In this document: one piece after another, positions 59,231-64,000 of the stretch
Position numbering within the stretch: the first letter of the stretch is position 1
Layout: each line of letters opens with the position of its first letter
Assembly (NCBI GenBank): GCA_964019335.1
Contig: OZ025687.1
Span: forward strand, 248,001 to 312,000
Origin: Diplonema japonicum
Taxonomy: Eukaryota > Protista > Euglenozoa: Diplonemea
Length of the DNA stretch: 64,000 bases
Direction of reading: 5' to 3'
Made by a program: the position numbers and the translations under genes
The notes under the pieces: model-generated
Database searches by the model: none
The model's input: the letters and a program-made list of their open reading frames with translations, nothing else
Told to the model about the DNA's origin: nothing

Positions 59231-61127
59231 TCACCAGCTTCTTATCTGCCCGGAGATCTTGGTGCCGTGGAGGTCGAAGGACACGGAGGGGCAGTGGACG
59301 TCCTTCATCGATCCGGAGAGGAGGCTTCTGATGTACTTGGTTTGCTTGTCGAGGAGGTCGTTGCTCCTAAAGGGGGGGGTGCCTGCAGACACGGCAAGGG
59401 TGATGTGAGCGTACTCGTTTTGACACAGAGCAGCGACCTCTGCATCGAGTATCCGGGCGCTGACAGCTGAGATCTGATTGGAGACAACCATCGTGTCCAA
59501 CTGCAGCTGTACTTCTTTCTCCAGCATGCTGGCGATCTTGTCGTGTACTTGCTGCTTCTCAGGCATCGACTTCCTCCCTACGTAGGCCAGTGTGATGTGA
59601 AATTGTTTTTGCGGCGTCAGCGAACTGCACTCCGCCAACACTGCCTTCACCACGGGGTGCTCCACAACATCCGCTGCGCTGACTGCCACACCGTAGTACA
59701 TCACGTGTGCGTGGGGGTCGCCATTCTGTTTAGTTTGTAAGGTATCATGAGGCAAGTTCCCATACCTGTTTGTCTTGTGGGGACCTGGACCTTGACCTTG
59801 GCTTCCTTGGTGACCTCGGTGCAGGCGGGGCTGCGTTCTCATCGCTCTTCTTGACCACGTTGACAACAGTCTTGTTGACGATCTCACTGCACATCTCTTT
59901 GATGTCCTCTGGAGTGTCCTTTGCATCACCTTCAGCTTTGCTTTCCTCGTCTTCTTTGGCCTTCACATCTACGCTCACGTCCTCAGACTTAACGGTCGTA
60001 AGCTCTGCGTCGGCATCCAGAAGACTGTCTGCTTTCGGCATAGCCTCTTGCCCGTTTGCCATCTCTTCAGATTTGTCCTCGGTCTCTTCTTTTCCCTCCG
60101 GTTTGGTGGTTTCTTTAACTTCTTCCTCTGCCTTCGGTACTTCTTCAGTTTCAGTCTCGACGGACTTTTCCTCCTTACCAACAGCGTCTTCTTCTTTTGC
60201 GGGCTCTTCTTTTAGTTCTTCGTTTGTTTCCTTGGCGGGCTCCTCGATAGGTTTTTCTTCGGGCTCGGGTTCATCCTTCGAGGGTTCTTCGTCCTTTGCA
60301 GACTCTTCTTCCTTGGATGTATCCGCCTTAAGGTCCTCCTTTGTTGGTTCTTCTTCCCTAGAAGGCTCTTCTTTGGTAGGTTCGTCATCTTTAGCAGGCT
60401 CGTCATCCTTGGCAGGATCACTGTCCTTGGCCTCTTCTTTAGCAGGCTCTTCGTCCTCAGCGGGTTCATTCTCCTTTGCGGGTTCTTCTTTGGTCGCTTC
60501 TTTGCTCTCCTCGTTGGTAAAGGTTTCGTCTTTCTTCTCAGGCTCTGCCTTCTTTGCGGGTTCTTCTTCGTCGTTTTCCTTCGCAGGTTCCTCCTTTCTA
60601 GCCTCGGGCTCTTCCTTGATCTCTTCCTCCTCCTTCTTGTCTTCGGCCGCCTCTTCTTTCTTGGTTTCCTCCTTTTCGGTGATTTCCTCCTCCTTCTTGG
60701 CCTCGTCCTCCTCTTTCTTGGCCTCGTCCTCCTTTTCGGTGATTTCCTCTTCCTTCTTGGCTTCGTCCTCGTTCTTGGACTCGTCCTCCTTCTTAGCCTC
60801 GCCCACTTCCTTCTCAGCCTCGCCCTCTTTCTTGGCCTCGTCCCCCTTCTTGGACTCATCATCCTCTGGTTTGTGCTCATCTTGTCGTTGCTGCGTGGCG
60901 ACTGTGGTGATTGCAGCGACAGCTGTGGCAGCGCTGTCCTTCACCACACCTTTCACAGCCTCCTCCACCGCAGCTCCTGCTAGCGTGCTAGCCACAGCAG
61001 CCGTCGCGGCGTCCTTTGTGACCTGCTTGCCGTTTCCTTCAGCCTGGGATTTATTACGTTTCTTCATGAGCTGCGCTATCTTGTCACCAGTCGAGTCGCC
61101 GCCCTTAGATGTTTTTTTTTTCCACAT
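59231..61127 (-). CDS. Glu/Lys-rich protein with C-terminal 2H phosphoesterase (cyclic phosphodiesterase-like) domain; intron 59726-59765
   Basis: Two HxT motifs (FHITL, AHITL) and GTPPFRSNDLL; a 40-nt GTATG...CAG intron fuses the two ORFs into 618 aa. Confidence 0.78.
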
Positions 61128-61993
61128 TTTAAATTATCGTGTGAGTACTGAAATGAGGCATTGGAGAATGGACTTCTCTGGTTTGAACAAGAACACCCAC
61201 TACACACACACAGGGGGTAAAAAAATATAAAAAAAAGGGAGCGATGGGAAAGAAAAAAAAGCAGAGGGGGGGAAAAAGAAAAAGGTACGGGAAGGGGGGG
61301 GGGGGGGGGGGGGTGGTATGACTTTGAGCCGGATTGCGCAGGGAAGGGGAGGGAGTGTGTTGTGCTTTAACAACAAGAAGAGGGGGGAAAGGGGGGGTGG
61401 GAAAGAAACATGTTCTTTGCAACAGGGAAGATCCAAATGGAGAAGCACAGGAAAGAGGGAACCACTCTTTGGTGGGAAAAGAACACGAAGGGCTCTGTCC
61501 TATGGGGATTTTTTTTCTTCCTTCTTTTTTTTAAAGGTGCGCCTCTCTAACGTGTCTGGTTTCTTTTTTTTCTTCTCTTTTCCGTTTTTTTTCTTCTTCA
61601 ACTTCTTCTCCTCAATCCCTTCTTTTCCTCTCCTTTAACATTTCTCTCTTTCCTTAGAACTTTGTTTCTCTCTCTTTTTTTCCGCTCCTCTTCCCTCCCT
61701 CTCTCCCTTTGTTTGTGTTTTTTTTTTTTTTCTCTCTCTCTTACTACTCCGATGGGAGGGGGAAATCTTTTAAAAAAAAAGGGGGGTGACAGTACAAGGG
61801 GGACGAACAAAAAAGAAAAATCGAAGGGGGTGAATAAAAAAAAGGAAAACTCAAAAAAAAGAAAAAAAAGGGGGGCAAAAAAAAGTTGAGAATGGGGTAA
61901 CGACACTTTAAAAAAAAAGGGGGGGGGGAGAAAACCCAAGAGAAAGAAGAAAACACGTTGGATGAAAGAAAAAAAAAACACTTCTGAGACGGC

Positions 61994-63488
61994 CTAGTGG
62001 CCTCTCCTACCGCTGACAAGCCCCTCGTATTCTTCTCTTTCCTCTTCCAGACGGGTCCTGTGGTAGTTGTGTTGGTCTTCATCCTTTTCGATGGCGGTGC
62101 AGAGGCCACGCTTCTCTCTCTCTTTTTCGGCGGACTCGAGACGGAGCTTCCTGATGAGGACCTCACGTGCGTTGGCGAGGATCTCAACCTTCTTCTCAAG
62201 GACCTCAACGGTAACGTCCTTCTGCATCATTTGCAGGTCCTGTGCGGTGTTGTGTTTTTTTTTTTTTTTTTTAGATTTTCTTCTCAAACCTTAGACTCGA
62301 TCGCCCTTCTTGCGCTCTCCAGCTCCACCTGAACATCCTTGAAGAGAGCGGCATCAACTGTCTCGCACGACGTGTCCACCACCTTCGGGCGGTACTGCAT
62401 CACCTCCTCTTCGGTCAGCTCCCTCCTCTTCAACGACCTCAACGCCACAGCGATCGCCTTCAGTTTCGTCTCCAAGCTCTTCAACCTGTGGTGCTGTGCT
62501 TGGATCGTCTTGTCGTTCGCTCTCCTGCTGTCCGCATGCTTTGCGATCTCGTACTGCAGCACCTTCTTGTCCGACTCCAGTCTCTTGATCCTCTGGGGGT
62601 CGTTCACCTCGCAGTCCTTCTTCAAGTCCTTTATGAGGCACTCCTTCTTGTGGTAGATGCGGTTTAACGTTCGCAGCTCGTCCACATATGTGTTCCTTTC
62701 CGACTCATGGTCAAGCAGTTCAACCTTTAGCACCGTAAGGTTCTCCTTTAGATAAAAAAAATAGGTTTTCTTCTTTTTTCTTTGATTTTTCACCACACAC
62801 CTCAGCGGCCTTGAGCTCCTGCATCCTCTGCACCAGTTGTTCGATGCACGCCGTCTTCTTTGTTGACAGTTGTTTTTGGATGCTCTGCTCGTCTTCCAGC
62901 TTCGCCAACCTCTGGTTCAGTTCCCTCAGCTTGTTCTCCTGGCCGAGGTAATCCCTGTTCTCCCTCGGGCCCTTCGAGATCACTGCCCAGTTGGTCTTAG
63001 CCTTCGTCTCGTCAAGGGAGTTCCTCAGCTCCTCAAGACGGTTGGTCTTCTTCTCGTACTGTTCCATCGTCGTCCTCTTCGCCTGTGGTGTGGTGGTGGT
63101 GGTGTGGTGTGATGTCGGTACCTTCTCGGCGTCCCTCCCTTTTTTTTGTTCAAGTTTCAGCTTATTTTTCAAGTCAGTAAGTTTCGCAGCCACCTAAAAA
63201 AAAGGAGGGGGAGGGGGAGGGGGAGATTTATGTAGATTGTTTTACTTTGTAGCACACCTCAGGGTCCGGCTTGGCTGCGTTCAGTCTGTCGTACACCTTC
63301 AACTTGTTGATTTGAAGTTCCGACAGCATCAGCGCCGTCTCCAGCAGGCCTTTTTCCTTGTTTGTGTCCCCTATCTCCCTGTCAATAGCCTGCATCTCCC
63401 TCGTCAAATCCTTCAAGGTCTGGTCATGCTCCTTCGCCTGCGTCGAGAAATCCGCGATTTCCTGGCCGTTCACCTCAACTAATGCCAT
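61994..63488 (-). CDS. MAP70-like coiled-coil (putative microtubule-associated) protein; introns 63194-63257, 63083-63121, 62746-62800, 62240-62289
   Basis: Four ORFs join in frame (428 aa); the C-terminal SKDLQMMQKDVTVEVLEKKVEILANAREV resembles the MAP70 tail as I recall it. Confidence 0.7.
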
Positions 63489-63653
63489 TGTGCGTGAGTA
63501 CCACCCTGATAGCCTGCGTGGTCTTAAGGAGGGGTATCTTACGGACAAGACAAAAGAATAACAGAACAAAGGAAAAAAAAAGAATTCTAGTGACAATTAA
63601 ATCTAAGTCTAACACGTTCATAAAATAACAAGTTTGGGTAGCAGCGGGGGTTA

Positions 63654-64000
63654 TTACATGTTGCGAATCATTGTCCTGGAGTACAAGCGGTCGAGAGAGG
63701 GGAAGGATGAGGACAGGAAGGGGTTGGAGGAATCATCAAGGTTGGTGCGGATGTCACTCACCTCAATGGACGGTTCATGTGGGGGGACGTGCACTGCGAA
63801 GGTGCCCAAAATGGGCTCTCTGTCGGTGTTGGTACTTTCCATACTCGCGCTTCGTGCCCTTGCTAGCTCCTGCAGCCTCTGCGAGACTCTGTCTACAACA
63901 TCCACCTGTGGACTCGGACTCCCTCCCGTGCTCTCCTTGATCTGCGACTGCAGTGAGTTTCGCTCCTTGATAAGTGAGCATAACAGTTCCCGATCCTCTT
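63654..64000 (-). CDS. 3' end of a hypothetical protein entering from the right edge
   Basis: Coding-like minus-strand frame ending at TAA 63654; start lies outside the window. Confidence 0.45.
   Translation of the reverse strand, partial: EDRELLCSLIKERNSLQSQIKESTGGSPSPQVDVVDRVSQRLQELARARSASMESTNTDREPILGTFAVHVPPHEPSIEVSDIRTNLDDSSNPFLSSSFPSLDRLYSRTMIRNM

Noticed and set aside
137-63940. Plus-strand ORFs in the track (e.g. 14595-15620, 26704-27873, 59770-61230)
   Set aside because: They are antisense shadows of GC-rich or repetitive minus-strand CDSs, or translations of homopolymer runs.

Overview
Eukaryotic, gene-dense window, most likely a euglenozoan such as a diplonemid (inference). All of the ~32 protein genes I can support lie on the minus strand for the full 64 kb, as in polycistronic units. 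Intergenic DNA is homopolymer-rich. The genes carry about 32 GT-AG cis-introns, 30 of them only 31-65 nt, so many ORF-track entries are exons of one gene. Main content: five 2-Cys peroxiredoxins in two arrays 26.1 kb apart, an aldo-keto reductase, a ~4,165-aa WD40 plus repetitive coiled-coil gene, three NmrA-like oxidoreductases, an Fcf2-like gene, selenoprotein T with an in-frame UGA (CISU), and an inverted pair of tRNA-Ser(AGA) genes. Further along are an AFG3/paraplegin-like m-AAA protease, a CDKL kinase, coatomer epsilon, an N-domain-less ClpB/Hsp100, an acidic protein with a 2H phosphoesterase domain and a MAP70-like coiled-coil protein. The most interesting non-coding signals are: (1) a SECIS-like core closing a ~145-nt multibranch apex in the SelT 3' region, where I see no canonical SECIS; (2) a 1.2-kb array of covarying palindromes inside a COPE intron; (3) a 721-bp MITE inside an AFG3 intron; (4) a perfect 128-bp inverted tRNA duplication. 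All family assignments come from motif recognition by eye; no searches were run.
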